The position numbers and the translations under genes are program-made. A model generated the notes under the pieces. The model did not search any database. It was not told where the DNA came from and was given only the letters and a program-made list of their open reading frames with translations. DNA of 64,000 nucleotides from Lama guanicoe (Eukaryota), in contig MU054098.1 in NCBI GenBank assembly GCA_013239625.1, positions 1,023,568 to 1,087,567 of the forward strand. Reading direction: 5' to 3'. Shown piece by piece: positions 39,701 through 55,089 of this stretch (positions within the stretch are counted from its first letter, which is position 1; each line of letters opens with the position of its first letter).

Positions 39701-40851
39701 CTTTGTTATTCTGGTACTCCCCATTCCAACTCACAGCATCCCCCTAGGCTGCTGTATGATGCTATTTAGCGGGAAAACATTTTTTCTTTTCTGCTTATTT
39801 CTTCTGCTTTTTGGGGTTGCAGGCCTCTCCAGTCCCTACTGTTTGATAAATGAGAGATAAAAAGAAAACGAAGGGCTCTATCTCACCATAGCGTCTCTCC
39901 ACATTCTGCGAAGTCACCAGCTTATCTGACTCCTTTCCAACTTTAAGAATCCTTTTATGATTGACTACTGAATTATTTCTAGATATTTAATTGTATTTAG
40001 AAGGGAGGAGCTGAAAAGAGTGAGTCTATGTCATCTCAAGAAAAGGAGTTTGAGTGTGTCTCCTGTAAGTATCATTAATTTGAATTTAAAATAAAAGTTA
40101 AATCTGTTCTGAGAATGTCTATTATTTACCAAGCCATGTTAATTTTCCTAAGAAATTTGAAAATATTCATTCCATTATATTCTTGCTTCCCTGTGTTTTA
40201 CACATCCCACTGTTATTTCTGTTGAGAAATCTGTTGTCAGCTTAATTAATTTCATAGGAAATTTGTCTTCACTATGTGGATGAATTCATGACTTTCTTTT
40301 TGTCTGTAATATTTTTATATTAATCATGAGGTGATAAGATGTGAAAATGCTTCACAGTTTGGTTTCAGAGAATGTTTCCACAGAGCCATTTTTATTTGTT
40401 TTCACCAACTACTTCAGTAGTATCACAGACTGAGGATACATTTTAATGTCAATTTCTCATCATGGGAGTCTCTGTCTCATATAAATACTATAACATTAAG
40501 CATTAAACTTACATGTAAGGTCAAATAGTCAGAAATAGTTTTCTCTTCTTTCATCTACAGCTCGGGCAAAGAAAGACAAATTTCATTTTCTCTCTGTGCT
40601 GATAGAAATATTTCTATCTGCTCTCTGACTTTACAGACAATACAGTCCTTATATGCCAACTTTATTTACAAATCTCATTTCTAACTTTCTACTTCTTTAA
40701 GGCTTCCTCTCAGGGTAGAGAGAGAGGACAATTAACTCAATCCCAAGATTACTGAAGCTGGCATTTCTTCCTCCCACATAGGGCATTATTTCATTCACTT
40801 GATGCTCAGATTTTAACTGTCATGTTTTAAAAGTATTTTTTTGTCTTAAAA

Positions 40852-43024
40852 ACACACAAACAAATGGGAAGATATACCATGTTCATGGACTGGCTGAATT
40901 GATATTGTTCAAATGACCATACTACTCACAACAATCTACAGATTCAAAGCAATCCCTATTAAAATATCCATGGAATTTTTCACAGAACTAGAACAAACAA
41001 TCCTAAAATTTGTATGGAAACACAAAAGATCCCACGTAGCCAAAACAATTTTGAGAAAGAACAATGCCATAGCTATCATGCTCCCTGTCTTTAAACTATA
41101 CTACAAACATACAGTAATCTAAAGAATTTGATACTGGCACAAAAACAGACACATAGTCAACGGTCAGAAGAGAGAGAGCAGAAATTAACCCACACACCTA
41201 TAGTCAATTAATCTAAGACAAATAAAGCAAGAATGTACGATGGGGAAAAGACAGCCTCTTCAATAAATGGTGTTGGGAAAACTGGACAGCTCCATGCAAA
41301 AAAATCAAACTGAAGTTCTTTCTCATATCAAGCATAAAAATAACTTCAAAATGGATTGAAGACTTAACTGTAAGACCTGAAACCATAAAACTTCCAGAAG
41401 AAAGCATAGGCAGTATACTCTTTAACACTAGTCTCAGTAATTTTTATTTGGATATGTCTGCCGAGGCAAAGGAAACAAAAGCAAAAATAAACAAATGGGA
41501 CTACATCAAACTGAAAAGCTTTTTCACAGTGAAGGAAACTATCAACAAGACAAAAAGACCACTTAATGAATGGGAGAAAATATTTTCAAATGATATATCT
41601 AATAAGGGGTTAGTATCCAAAACATACAAAGAACTCATGCAACTCAATATCAAAAAACCCCAAACAATCATATTATAAAATGGGCAAAGGACCTGAGTAG
41701 ACATTCTTCCAAAGAAGACTTATAGATGGCCAACAGGCACATGAAAAGAGGCTCAACATCATTAATCATCAGGGAAATGCAAATGAAAACTACGGTGAGA
41801 TATTACCTCACACTTATTAGAATGGCTATTATGAAAAAGACAGCAAATAACAGGTGTTGATGATGTGGAGAAAGGGGAACCCTCGTGCACTGTTGGTGGG
41901 AATGCAAATTAGTGAGGCCACTATGGAAAACAGCATGGAGTTTCCTCACAAAAATTAAAAATGGAACTACCATTTGATCCAACAATTCCACTCCTGGGTA
42001 TTTATCTGATGAAAATAAAAACATTAATTAGAAAAGATACATGCACCTAATATGTTCACTGCAGCATTATTTACAATAGTGAAGATATGTAAACAACTCA
42101 AATATCCATTGATAATTAAATAGATAAAGAAGTTGTGGTATGTATCTATGCAATGGAGTATTAGCCATAAAAAAGGATAAAATCTTGTTATGCGCAACCA
42201 CGTGGATGGGCCTAGACAGTATTATGCTAAATGAGATAAGTTATAGAAAGACAAATGTTATATGATTTCACTTATATGTGGAATCTAAAAAACAAAACAA
42301 ACATACATAACAAAACAGAGTCATAGATACAAAGAACAAAACTGTCGTTGCATAGGGGAAGTGGTGAGGAGTAAAGAAATAGGTGAGGGTGATTAAGAGG
42401 TAAAGACTTCCAGCTGCAAAATAAATGAGTCACAGGTGTGGGGTATAGTCAATAATTGTGTAATATCTTTGTATGTTGACAGATGGTAACTAGATTTATT
42501 GTGGTGATCATTTTCAAATATATAGAAATATTGAATCATAATGTTGTCCAACAGCAGCTAACATACTGTTTTAGGTCAATTATACTTAGAACAAATAAAC
42601 CAACCAACAAACTATCTCATAGAAAAAGAGATCAGATTTGTGGTTGCTAGATATGGGGGTGACAAGTGGGGGACGGGGAATAGACGAAGGCAGTCAAAAC
42701 GTACAAACTTCCAGTTATAAGATAAGTGCTAGGGATGTAATGTACAACATGATAGATGTATTAACACTTCTGTGTGTATGTGCAAGTTGATAAGAAAGTA
42801 AATCCTGAGTTATCATCACAAGGAAAAAAATACACTTTTTCTGTTTCTTTAATTTTGCATCTACATGATGGATGTTTATTAAACTTATTGTGGTAGTCAT
42901 TGTGGTAAGTCAAATCATTACACTATATACCCTTCAAACTTATACAGTGCTGTATGTTAATTATATCTCAATAAGACTGGAAGAAAATGAAAATATATTA
43001 AAAAGAGAAAATATTAAAAAAAAA
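40852..43024 (+). mobile_element. 5'-truncated LINE-1 (ORF2 C-terminal half, long 3'UTR, A tail)
   Basis: ORFs 40913-41122 and 41448-41678 are ORF2p; ends 'ttatatctcaataagactggaagaaaa' plus A-rich tail; no clear TSD. Confidence 0.95.
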
Positions 43025-43559
43025 GTCACTGAAAAAAATCTTGTTTGATTTGAGAGAATTTTAAAGCTATCTTAGTTTTATGTATTGCCAGTACTAGAAA
43101 TCCAAGGAATTTAACATCATATTTTCCATGGGATTGCATATCTATTTATTGAAACTTGATCTCTCTCTCATTATGTCATTTCCTTTTTAATATAACCAAA
43201 TATATTAAATATATTATCTGTAGCCAAACCCACTCATACACACATCCTCTTACTTTGATTTAAATGGTTAAAATGTTTTTTTCTCAAGTTTGGATCATTT
43301 TAAAAGGGGGAAGAACTCTATAGATTGGGCAAAGTAGGAATAATGACATAAGTAGCCCTCTTAATTTGGTGAGACTGATTAACCAAACCTTAAAATATTC
43401 CAGCAAGATTTGAAAATGCTCTTTCAGACAGAGTAGTAATAAAGAAAAATTTTACTAGAGGAATCTTAGTGTTTAATGAGTATATAAATAAGGTATGTTG
43501 GCTTTTTAAGAAACATTGTTTATAGTACTTGTTCATTTAATTATTTTTAAAAATATGAC

Positions 43560-46500
43560 TGTCTTGGTTTCAAGATGACAATGTTTTGTCAGTATACTCC
43601 ATTCTTTTCTTGGAAGTCACCCTAAAGCAACAAGGAAACATGAGAAGGATAGAAGCAAATTCTGATTTTGTTTGATCTATATTCAGATAAAACCTTGAAA
43701 CAAAAAATGGAATGGGTTCTAAACAATGAAATCAAGCATGGTTGTAGAAAGAAACTGAAAGGAGAAACGTATGATCATAAATCTTATAAACTCAGAAAAT
43801 TTCATCTCCTAATATAAGGTGGGCACTTTGAAGTGTGAAATGAGAACTCCCCAATTTCAACAGCAAGAATATTATGCATATACCAGTAGTGTGAGTTTCT
43901 CTGGATCTGGTTTGCTTCTGCAAAATGGAAGAGGTAATAGTGGGACAAGGAAGTACACAGACAATTCATATTTCCAGGAAGCAATCTGTATTTGTGGTAT
44001 TGTGATTGGTAGTGTGATCTCCTTATATCTGTCTATTTCCTTTGGCTAGGGGAAAAAAAGGTTAACAGAATGCTCACACAAAATCCTCAGGCACAAAAAA
44101 AACTACTTGTAGCTTAGAGCCTTATCCCTTTTAAGACAACAACTTCCTGCAGATAGCTTGTCTAGGAAAAAAAACACCTCATTCAAAGATTTTTCTTAAT
44201 CACAACAAAAACAGAAGAAATATAACAGACAGGAACAGAAAAGTTATTTGGGAAGTTAAAGACATAACAACAATATTGCAGCAAAACAAATGAAAATTGT
44301 AGCAAAACATTTTACCATGAATTAAAAAAAAATCAAAGCCATATCCTCTCAAGAAGAACATAAAGAAAAGATGCAAGAACTATTGTAATTATAGAGGGAG
44401 ATAATGGAAGAAGATATGATGTTCCACACTTCAGAAAAAAGAACACAGAAATGAATGCAAAATTAGAACTAGCACAAGGAGAAGTAGGTACTACAATCAA
44501 CCCAGTGAATTATAAATAGAGCAGGAAAAAAGCAGAATTTGAAAAGTGCTATAATAAAGAGAAAATGGCATAGAAGAAAGAAAAATTCCAACATACACAC
44601 AATTGGAGTCTCTGAATAAGAAAATAGAAGTAATCAACTAGAATAAATATGTAATAGTTATAAATCAAGAAATAAAGATATGACTAGACTCCACATATTG
44701 AAAGTATAATTGTAAGCAGTTATGTATAAGTAGATAATGGATGGAAGTCCTACAGTAGCTTCAGGTAATCTGATAAATCACTCTTTCAAAACTATGAGCA
44801 TCTGAGATTGGTGACAGTGGCTTTCTTTGAGATTACTCAGGTTTATTTTGGCTTCCAGATAAATTCCTATTAATCATTTTCTTTAATGCTGCAGGGAACT
44901 TAGGTAGACATGGGTTTTCCTATAATCCTAGCATTTGTTGATTTTATTTAACTCCAGCAGAAATTTCCCTGATCTTCACTTACCTAGCTCTGACAAAGAC
45001 TTTGTGAACCTCTCAAGTCCTTATATTAAAATCTTTCCTACAAAATTCCTAGAGAAGCTTCTGTTTTACTGACCATTCTTGACTGATATGCTCATGGAAA
45101 AAATTATTTAAAATAGAGAATTATAATGATTACATATAACATTAATATAACAATGTATTTTATTACATAGTTTATAAACAAATAATATTATTCTATATTA
45201 ATATATGAAAGCAGACCTTCCAAAATATCAGAGGAAACACACACAGAATAATTCATATAATTAAGGATTTCAAGAAGGTATAAAGACAGAAAATGTAACA
45301 AAATTTCAATAAAAGTAAACAGCACAACTAGTAAGGTGGAGTTACTGGTATGTATCCTATTCTATACCATAAAATACAGTATACATTTTGTATTAAGGGG
45401 CCTCTGAAATAATCTCCCCAAAAATGACTATATATTTTGCTAAAAGAAAATCATTGTTTTTCAAAATATAAAAAAAGTCAAACAATGTGAATATCCATTA
45501 ATCACAATTCAGTAACAGCAGAAGGTAATAACAAAACCAGGAAACAAAAAATGTGCTTTAGACACTTTTAAACAATGCAAAGAAGAAATGAAACCTTACG
45601 TTAGAATATATAACAAATGATGATAACAGAAATACTACATATCAAAACCCATGTGGTGTTTCTAGAGCAGTGCTCAAATTAAATTCCAGTCTTAGAAAGA
45701 TACACTAACAAAAAAATTTAAACATTAAAAATATGAATCATCAAGCCAAAAAAAAAAAAGTTTAAGGAAAAAAGACAAATAGAAAGTAAACCAAAGGAGA
45801 TCAGAATTAAAAAGATTAAAATTTTTTTAACAGTTGGTTCTTTGAATAATAATAAAATTGAGCAGTGATTTGTAACCTGGTCAAAATAAAACATTGGGAG
45901 TGTTTTAAAATGAAGAATGATGAAATAAGCATAGATGGAAACACCTTAAAGAATAATGAGACTACTCTATTCAATTCTGTGCAAATAAATTTGAAAACCA
46001 CAATGAAATGGATAATACTCTAGAAAAATATATCAAAATTCACTCAAGAAGACATATCAAAATCTATCCTAAAATAAGCATTAGGGCTCAATAGTTTCAC
46101 AGCATTTCTACTTCTTGGATTTTATCTTGCAGAAAAATTATTTATAGGAGAAATAATGTATGTACAAGGTTATTTACTAAAGAAATATTTATAATAACAA
46201 AAATTTTGAAAAACCTAAATATCATCTATAGAGAACTAATTAAAATGAATTATGATCAGCAATATACTGGAATAGAATCCAGCTGAAGAAACAGACAAAC
46301 CATAACAAACATATGGAAGTTTTCTGTTTTATAATGGAAGAATCTCCAAGATGTACTATATAGTAGTGAAAAAATTAGGTGCATAAATGTGTGTATAATA
46401 CATTAGCAATGCCTAAGAAAGATAACTATATTTGATTTTGTGTGTATGTGTTGTTATGCATTTACACATAGAAACATGCATACATTTTCTGGAAGCATAA

Positions 46501-46620
46501 TAAGAAACTAACAACATAGTTTGATTCTGTGCAATAGAACTGGGTGCGTAAAAGAGTTTTCATTTCATACCCTTTTGTACGTTTTGAATTTTTAAGCATG
46601 AGAAAGTGTTACATATTTAA
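43560..46620 (+). mobile_element. Ancient fragmented L1 (L1ME-like) with an LTR-like insert at about 44712-45090
   Basis: 'aaatactacatatcaaaacccatgtggtg', 'gcaaataaatttgaaaaccacaatgaaatggataa'; insert ends 'cttgactgatatg'. Confidence 0.65.
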
Positions 46621-48019
46621 AATATGTATAATTCACCTGTTAAAAATCATAAAGGCAAAGCAGCAACAACAAAAAATTCTTTATCAAGAGAGAAGCTGAA
46701 GATTAAGCATTGATTTAAGAACTTGAGCTTTAAATCCTGGTCTTTACCTCCTGCAATATATCCAAAACAAAACTGCAAAAGTCTGATATTTTTCTTTTAT
46801 ACTGAGTCACCTTGTCATTCAGTTTCAAAATGAAATGAAAAGGTTAATATGGTGGAGAAAAAATATAATTTAAAAATTCAAATTAAACCTTGTTAAATGA
46901 TTGAAAGCTATGAGAAATAAAACCAAATTTCAAAATTTAACTCATCAAATATATATAGATTAGGGCTACAAAAAAAAAGCTTTGCTATGGACACACCAAT
47001 CTGTAGCACATATCAAGGAGTAATTGAATCTTAATTCAGGTTTAATAACTCAACAGTTTGGGAACTTTCAGCTACAGTTCTTGTGTACTACAGAAATAAA
47101 AGAATTCTAATAGAACTTTCCAACTCAATTATAGTCAGCTTTCAGAAAGCAGGAAAGAACTTAAACAAATCTTAACCTTCCTTGATAGTTCCTTGATATT
47201 TCATTAACATATCATTGAGAAAAGTCATTTCTTGGAATCTAATTTTTTTTTCAGAAAGATAATGGAATTTGCACCCTAAGTTGCTCTGTTTGGTGGTATG
47301 TAATTTGGGTGTCATTGAACCATTGGAAAGATAATTCTTTTAATGTTCACTAAGTCTGTTTTTTTTTTAATTTCCAGGATTGTAAACAGTTAGCTCTGTG
47401 ACATTGGATGACTCATAATATTTTGATGTCCAAGTCTGAATCTTTCCAAATTGGGTTGATAAAATCAATGGCTTAAAGCTATCCATTTGTAATGTTCTTA
47501 ACAAAATAATGTTTAAGTAATGGATAGTCTTGGATTCTAAAACAGTCCCTTAGGCTCCAACAATACAAGTTAAAGTTACTTAACCTGTTGCAAAGAAGGT
47601 AAAAGTGCAAGAAGAGTTCTAGTCTATCAGGAATCATTTGAGCTACATCCAAGGACAGGAGCTACTTTAACTGTATTTTATAAACGGATTGGTATGTTAT
47701 GACCGTCATATCTATCACATGAACCATTAATAATTTAGTGCTAATTGCCTAATGAGTGATTAAGGACCAATTACTTTAGATTGGTCAATGTATTTGCTAT
47801 GTATTGCCTTTGTGAATCTTTTTTAATTTTTGCATTCCCTTTATCTTTATTAATTATTCTATTTAGTAAGCAAAACCCAAAATTCTTACCCAGAATAAGC
47901 ACTTTCTAAAAAACTCCTTGTACTCTTCAGTGTCTTTCATGTACACTAGAAGCTGTCTCACCTGACAGTCTTTGGGAAAACTTTTCATCTTTAATCAGCA
48001 GGCTTAAATCCCTGCCATG

Positions 48020-49670
48020 CTATGTTTTGTTTTGTTTTTTTGTTTTAAAAGCTTTAATGATGTATAATTGATATATAATAAGCTTTACATATGTAAAGTG
48101 TACAATTTGATAAATTTTGACATATCATATATACCCATGAACCATCACCACAATCAAGATAATGAACATATCACCCATAATTCCCAACAGTTTCCTTGTG
48201 CCCCTTTTGCCTTTTCTTTGTACCCTCCTCCCCAAGCAACCACTGATTTACTTTTTGTCAATGCAGATTAATTTACATTTACTAGAACTTTATATAAATG
48301 GAATCATAAGTATATACTACTTTTGTCTGCTTTCTTTCACTAAGCATAATCACTTGAGATACATCTATGTTGTTGGGTTATAAGTAGTTAATTCCTTTAT
48401 AGAGCTAAGTAGTATTACTTTGCATGAATACACCACAATTTCTTTATTCATTCTCCTGTAGACAGACAGTGGGTTGGTTCTAGATTTTTTGGTTATTATG
48501 TATAAAGCTGCTATGAACAGTCATGGTCAAGTCTTTGTATGGGCATAAACTTCCTTCCTCTTGTGTAACCGTCTAGGAATAGAATGCTGAATCATATAGT
48601 AGGTGGGTATGTTTAGCTTTTATTTTTAATTGAGGTATAATTGACATGTAACATGATATTAGTTTCAGATGTACAACATAATGATACAATATTAGTATAT
48701 GCTGTAAAATGATCACCCTAATAAGTCTAGTCAACATCTGCCACCATATATTTACTAATTTTTATAAGAACTTTTAAGATCTACTCTCTTAGCAACTTTC
48801 AAATATGCAGTCGAGTATTAGTAACTGTAGTCGCCATGCTATACATTACATCCCCATCACTTACTCATTTTATAATCAGAAGTTTGTACCTTTTGAACCA
48901 CTTTTCCCATTTTGCTCCCCACCACAACCTCCTGCCTGTAGCAACCACCAATACGTCCTATGTATCTATAAAGTATTTTAAACTGATTTTTATTGAAGTA
49001 AAATACACATAACATTTATCATTCTAACTATTTTAAGTATATAATTCTGTGGTATTATATACATTCACATTTTGTGGGATCATCACCACTATCCATCTTT
49101 AGAATTTTTCATCTTGCGAAACTGAGCCCACTAAACACCAACTCTCCATTCCCCTCTCCTCCAGACCCTGGCAACTACCACTCTACTTTCTGTCTCTTTG
49201 AATTTGACTACTCTAGGTATCTCATGTACATGGAAGCACACACTGTTTGGGCTTTTGAGACTGGCTTATCTCACCAAGCAAAGTATCTTCAAGGTTCATT
49301 CATGTTAGAGCACGTGTCAATTTCCTTTTTTTTAAGAAGAATAATATTCCATTGTATGTATACACCACTTTTTAAAATTCATTCATCCATTGATGGGCAT
49401 TTGGGTAGCTTCCACTTTTTGGCTGTTGTGAACAATGGTGCTATGAACATGGACATACAAGTATTTGTTCGAGCCCCTGATTGCACTTCTTTTGGGTGAA
49501 ATTGATTGACCATATGGTAAGTTAATGTTAAATTTTTTTAGAAATTGTCATCATATTTTTCACACTGGCTGCACCATTGTATACTCCCACTAGAAATGCA
49601 CAAGTTTTCGCATTTCTCCATATCCTCATGCTTTTTAAAAAAATAATAGTCACCCTAATGGGTGTGAATG
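48020..49670 (-). mobile_element. Three stacked minus-strand L1 3' ends of different subfamilies (about 48050-48620, 48620-48975, 48985-49670)
   Basis: Each begins with a T-rich tail and a typical terminus: 'ctttaatgatgtataattga', 'taattgaggtataattgac', 'ttattgaagtaaaatacacataac'. Confidence 0.85.
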
Positions 49671-50444
49671 TATAACCTTAGTGACTGTTGATTAAATGAA
49701 ACTTTAATGAGTGAAAATTTAATTACATTATGTTCAGTGTTGTTTAACAGCTTTTAAGCTGTACAACCCTTTGTTCAAACAAGCTATTATGTAAAAGCTG
49801 ACTTTGTAAAAAAGGTAACAGCATGGCCATTCTGTTTGAAGTGAGGGTGGGGGCTGCAGAACTCTGTCAATTTTCCAGGCTCCCAACCCTGTTATCTCTG
49901 TGGCATCCTAAAGGGACACCTGAAAGCAGTCCACAGCGTCATATGGCTCAAAATATCACCACTTCATACTTGTAAGCATTCAGACTTGTAACTTCTGCTT
50001 TGCTAACTAGTATAGCCACCATTTCATTCAGTAAAGTTAGTTTCAAAAGTTAAAGCAAAGAATTAAAAACTCAGCTAGATTTAGAGCTGTTAAATATCCT
50101 GTGTAATCCTACAAGTGCCCTCATGGTTCCTTGGTATCTCAAAGTACTTGGCAAATCCATATTATCCCTTAATCCTTTCAAATTGACTTGAAATGCCCTG
50201 ACATCATTTAAAAACTAATTTCAAGCTGATGAACCTTTTACTGTCCTTGTATTTTAAATCTGAATAGGCTGGAATCTAAATTGTGTGAACATCCAGTCAT
50301 CCTTATATACATGATTTTCCAACAATTATACTCTATGGGAGCCACTACTTAGTGGGTCCCCAATACCCCATTACTCTCAGTGCAATCCAAATTCATGAAA
50401 GCTTTTTTAATATGCACGCATTAAAAAGATTCTGAGTTAATCAG

Positions 50445-50690
50445 ATAAAGATGCCGCACAGTTGACAGCATCGACTATGGAACCAGACTGCCTGAATTAG
50501 ATCCTGTTTCTACTACTTACAAAAGCTTTGCCACTTTGGGTAAATCCAGTAACTGCTCTGGGCCTCAACTTTCTTATTTGTTAAACAGGGATAATGACAT
50601 TAGAACTTATTTCACAGAATTGCTATGAGGATTAACTGTACTAATATTTATAAAGAAATTAGAACAATGCTTGGCATATGCAAATACCCT
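50445..50690 (+). mobile_element. MIR SINE
   Basis: 'ggaaccagactgcctg...ctctgggcctcaactttcttatttgttaaacagggataat'. Confidence 0.8.
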
Positions 50691-53199
50691 GAATGAAATT
50701 AGATGAAATCTTCCTTTTTTGACAAAGGTTATGTTACAGCTATCTCTCCCTAGAGATGTATTGAGTTCAAATGTATACTGTCTACTTCACTTTATAAAGC
50801 CAAGGAGCTTCATATGGACTTGATGAGTGTTTCCACAAAGTGTTTTAAATGCCAAGAGAACAGGAGTGGGTTACTGAGAGCACTTAACCTCCCTCCATAA
50901 TCTGGTGCCTGCTAATTTTCTTGTTATCTTTCATCAATCTCTTACATACTTCTTTGGTTCAAGCCATAACAAAATACTTACAATTATTCTAAGGAATCAT
51001 GTTTTCTCAACCTCTACACTGTCTCACATCCTGTTCCTTCTTCCTGAATCATCCTTGCAACATTTCTTTTTCTAGCTAACTCATGTGAGATTTCAATACT
51101 GATTGAGAAATTGTAATTAATTGCTGAATTTTATTTGAGTTCTGGGCATGATGACAGAGTATCAGAATAATTCCTAAATTATGAAATAATATGGGGAGGC
51201 CAAATAGAAGATATTCTATATTAACTTTCTCAGCATGTGTTATAGCATAAAATTCATTCAACCTAATATACAACTTACGTCTCTATAGAAAAAAGAAACC
51301 ACGCCACATGTAACCAGAGCATTGGTCTCTCCTCTGTCTTTATCCCATTCCCCCTTTCCTCTCTCTGGAGTTTCTCCCTCAGCATCTCCCTTAGTGCTCC
51401 TGATTCAACTATAGGCCATTATTCACCACTTGTCACCCCTTTGAAATTCTGGACAAAGTTACCACATAAGTTGCCATTCTGCTTCTGCGACCGCCAGTGG
51501 CAATTCCTGACTACACTGGTGTAACAACCACACAGAATAAGATAGAAACATATCCAAAAGCCTCATACAAATTTCTAGTCAATAACCCCCTGAGATAATC
51601 ATTATTTTGAATTCTACCATCATATATTAGTATTGGCTCTTTTTAAACTTCACATAAATAGAATATAGTATTAATCTCTCAACATTAATTGTGAATAAGA
51701 TGCATTCATATTGTTCCATGCAGTACTTTGTTCTTTTCATTGCTATTCCCTCATATGAATTTATGACAATTAATTTAAACATTATATTGCTGTCAGACAT
51801 TTGTAATATATTCCATTTTGACTATTATAACTACATTTTTATGACTTTTTTACACACACTTATACTTTTGTTGTATACCTGAAAGTGGAATTCCTCAACA
51901 ATAGAAATGTACACACACACACCCACCTCCCCGCCAAGGTGAATATTCTCGGAGACATGACTAAACCCATAATGAGTAAGAGAATCAGCCATCATTTACT
52001 AGGTGCGTCTGTTTTCCCTGACTTTCACTGGACATAACTGCCTTATAATTTGTAAGATCAATTGTTTTCAGTGCAATTCACATTTAACATGATGATGAAG
52101 ACAGTCTTGGTTCCTTTCTTTCGTTACTTACCACTCACCTGTGACTCTCAAATTGTACCCCTCCAGACATGCTTCGGATAACAAAGGGCCATAATTTGGC
52201 CATGAATGTCTCTTTTACCTAGGAAAATTTAGTTAGGAAAACGTAGGATGCCAATAATTCTTACCTAAGGGCCTGTCCTGTCATTTGTCTCTGAATAGGA
52301 GAGAGGGAGGTTTGTGGTATCACACTAAGAGATGATTTAATTCTGGTTACATAAGGGTCACATAAGCATGTATAATAAAAGGCATAAGGTGTTTTCCCAA
52401 CCGTGTTTGAAAAGTGTAAGATATTCGTAAGTATTATAAGAAAAGAGGCATTCTGTATTTGTAGAAAATGACCTAAGAAAATTAAGCAATTTCTTTACTA
52501 TACGAATTACTGGGGCATTTAATATTTTGTAAAGTTCTAAGTTAGCAATGCAGACTTTACAATTTTCCAAATTTATTGAACATGAAACTATTTTATCAGA
52601 CTACCTAATAATATTTTTTTGGAATTAATGATTATTAAAAGCCAATTAGAGAAATACATTCACTGGGATAGAAGAGATGCCACGTGGCCAAATGAACTGA
52701 GCCCACTGCTTCCCTCCGGAGGGTCTAGAGAAGTATCTGTGTGTTTCTCTCTGTTCAAGTCATTTACTGTGTGACCAGTGTGTTCCAGGCCCTACACTAG
52801 GCACAGAGCAGATGAACATGGTAAGATTCAGGCTTTTCTCTAGAGTTACTCACAGGCATAAGAGGTACCTACTTATGCAAGAACCATCTATTCGGGGCTA
52901 AAATCCTAGAGCAGCTTTCTTACCTGGTGGCATACCTAGGAGGAATGTCTCCTTGGGGCTGACTTGTTCTTCCTGTCTCTTTAAGAATAAAAGTATATAT
53001 CCCCTCAAGCATTTATAGTAGTCCTGGGTTTTAGAATCATAAGACACTATATTTGGATAGTACTTTATATTTTTTCAAGAGTTTGCATGTTCTGTATCTC
53101 ATCTGAACCACACAGTTCCTATGATTATTAGACAAGAGAGATTGTTATTTCTATCAGATATATGGAGAAATTGAGATAGAGGGGTAAGAGAAAAGTCAG

Positions 53200-53400
53200 C
53201 ATGGTGGAGCAGGAAAAAGAACTAGTTCCCGAGCAGCCATTAACTGGTTGCATGACATTTTTCATTTATTTACCTGTTTATTCCTCTTTTGAAATGATGA
53301 TAAAAATTGTGCTATGTACATATAGGGGCTATTGTGAGGTAAAATAAAATGCAGATAAAATAGCTTGCAATAGTGTAAGCACTAAGCAAATCTGAGGTAT
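53200..53400 (+). mobile_element. MIR SINE
   Basis: 'gaaatgatgataaaaattgtgctatgtacatataggggctattgtgaggtaaaataaaat'. Confidence 0.6.
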
Positions 53401-53549
53401 TCTTATTGACTTTTTCACTGCTACACACTTCATCAGGCGTCTAGTTAGTATGAGAAACCGCCCCTCACGGATGAATCTGGGGCTTTTTCAAAACATTAAG
53501 ATGCGGGAAAGTAATACAAATCATAGATTCTCAAATGTCTTCCTAAATG

Positions 53550-54155
53550 CTTCTCTTGATTTCATGCTTGACCTACAGTAGCCTGAGCAAACTTTTTAAA
53601 ATGTGAAAGTGTTTACCATGCCATTCCTCTGCCTAAAACTGTTTGACAACTTCCCATTGCACTAAAAATAAAAGCCACACCCCTTTCCACGAGCTACAAG
53701 ACCAAGCCTGATCTGGCTGACGCCTATCTTACCAACCTCTGTTTACAGCTTCTGTCATTCACTCCCTCCAGACACATTTATTTTACTTCCTTGAATTCTC
53801 CAAGCTCTTTTCTGTCTCAGAGCTTTTGTACATGTTAATGCCTTTGCTCGAAACGACCCTTCTGCCTTCACCTGACAATGGCTCCTCATATTTTGGAATT
53901 CGTATTAAATGTTCCTTCTTCAGACAGACCATTTGTATATAGTATATATATCATGGCACTTTCTCTAACAGAATCCTTCTTTTAATGTTGTAGTCTTTTC
54001 ATCTTTATTTTTTTAATGAAGTACGTTTAAAAAATATCTGTTTCCACTAATCACTATAAACTTTATGAAGGCAGAGATCTTGTCTGTTTTATCAGGCCAT
54101 GCACAATGCTGTATAACTGACACACAGGTGCCATTCAGCCAGTGTTTGTTGAGTA
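53550..54155 (+). mobile_element. L2 LINE 3' region
   Basis: 'cttcccattgcactaaaaataaaa', 'ctataaactttatgaaggcagagatcttgtctgtttt', terminus 'gtgtttgttgagt'. Confidence 0.8.
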
Positions 54156-55089
54156 CTGCTTTTTAATCCAAAAATATCAGTGCTCTCTTTTGACAGAAGA
54201 AAGGAAAATACGACTTTCTGAGGGCAACCAGTGCCTAAGCCTTAATTTTGAAGGAATAATCATTAATAGTATCAAGTATGTTTAGATTATATTACCAACT
54301 TTTTAACTCGTGGCCCCCATCTGAAGCACACTAGGAATTCCTTCATCCCTCACAGTTCCCCGGTAGCCATCACTCATTCTGTCAGTAATCACTTCTCTGA
54401 TTTCACACACACTTTGGGAGAAGACAGATCCTCCTGACAAACGTGAATCTGCTGGTCAAGAGAACAGTGTCACCACTAATGGCAAGGATATACTAACCGT
54501 AGCATTTATACAGTACTATTTTAGAAGGAATTCTTGAACAGTAAACAAATATTTCCCTTAATTCCACGCCATTTTCATCATTGTATAAAAGGCTTAGGAA
54601 AAAAAATGTATTTGTATGGTATTTACTTCGTTAGAAATGGCACCAGAAGACAAAAATCAAATTCTGAGTCATCGGGTAGAATTTTACTATACTCCTTTCT
54701 TTCTCCTCATGTTCCAAGGGACCACTCCTGCTCTTTAGATATTTCAGCTTGAATTAATGAAATGGCTCACAGATCACGCCGCTCCTGGAAATGTCTTGCA
54801 AAGTCCTACATGTTTTGTTTAGCTTTGAGCTCACCTGGGGTCTTCCTGTGCCAACCCAACCCTATTTGATCTATAAAATATTTAACATCTTCAATGCTTT
54901 TGGATTCCCAGTCCTAAGCTTTGACTATAAAATAGTATCTTCTACATGAAGAAGATAATATCAAATAAAACATGTTTTCAATTTTCATTTCTTTTTTTTC
55001 TTTATTATCACATTGCCATTAATCAACACTTCAGTAAAGTTGCAGGCCTCTGTTTAATAAATGCACTAATTTACTTATTCATTCATTTT

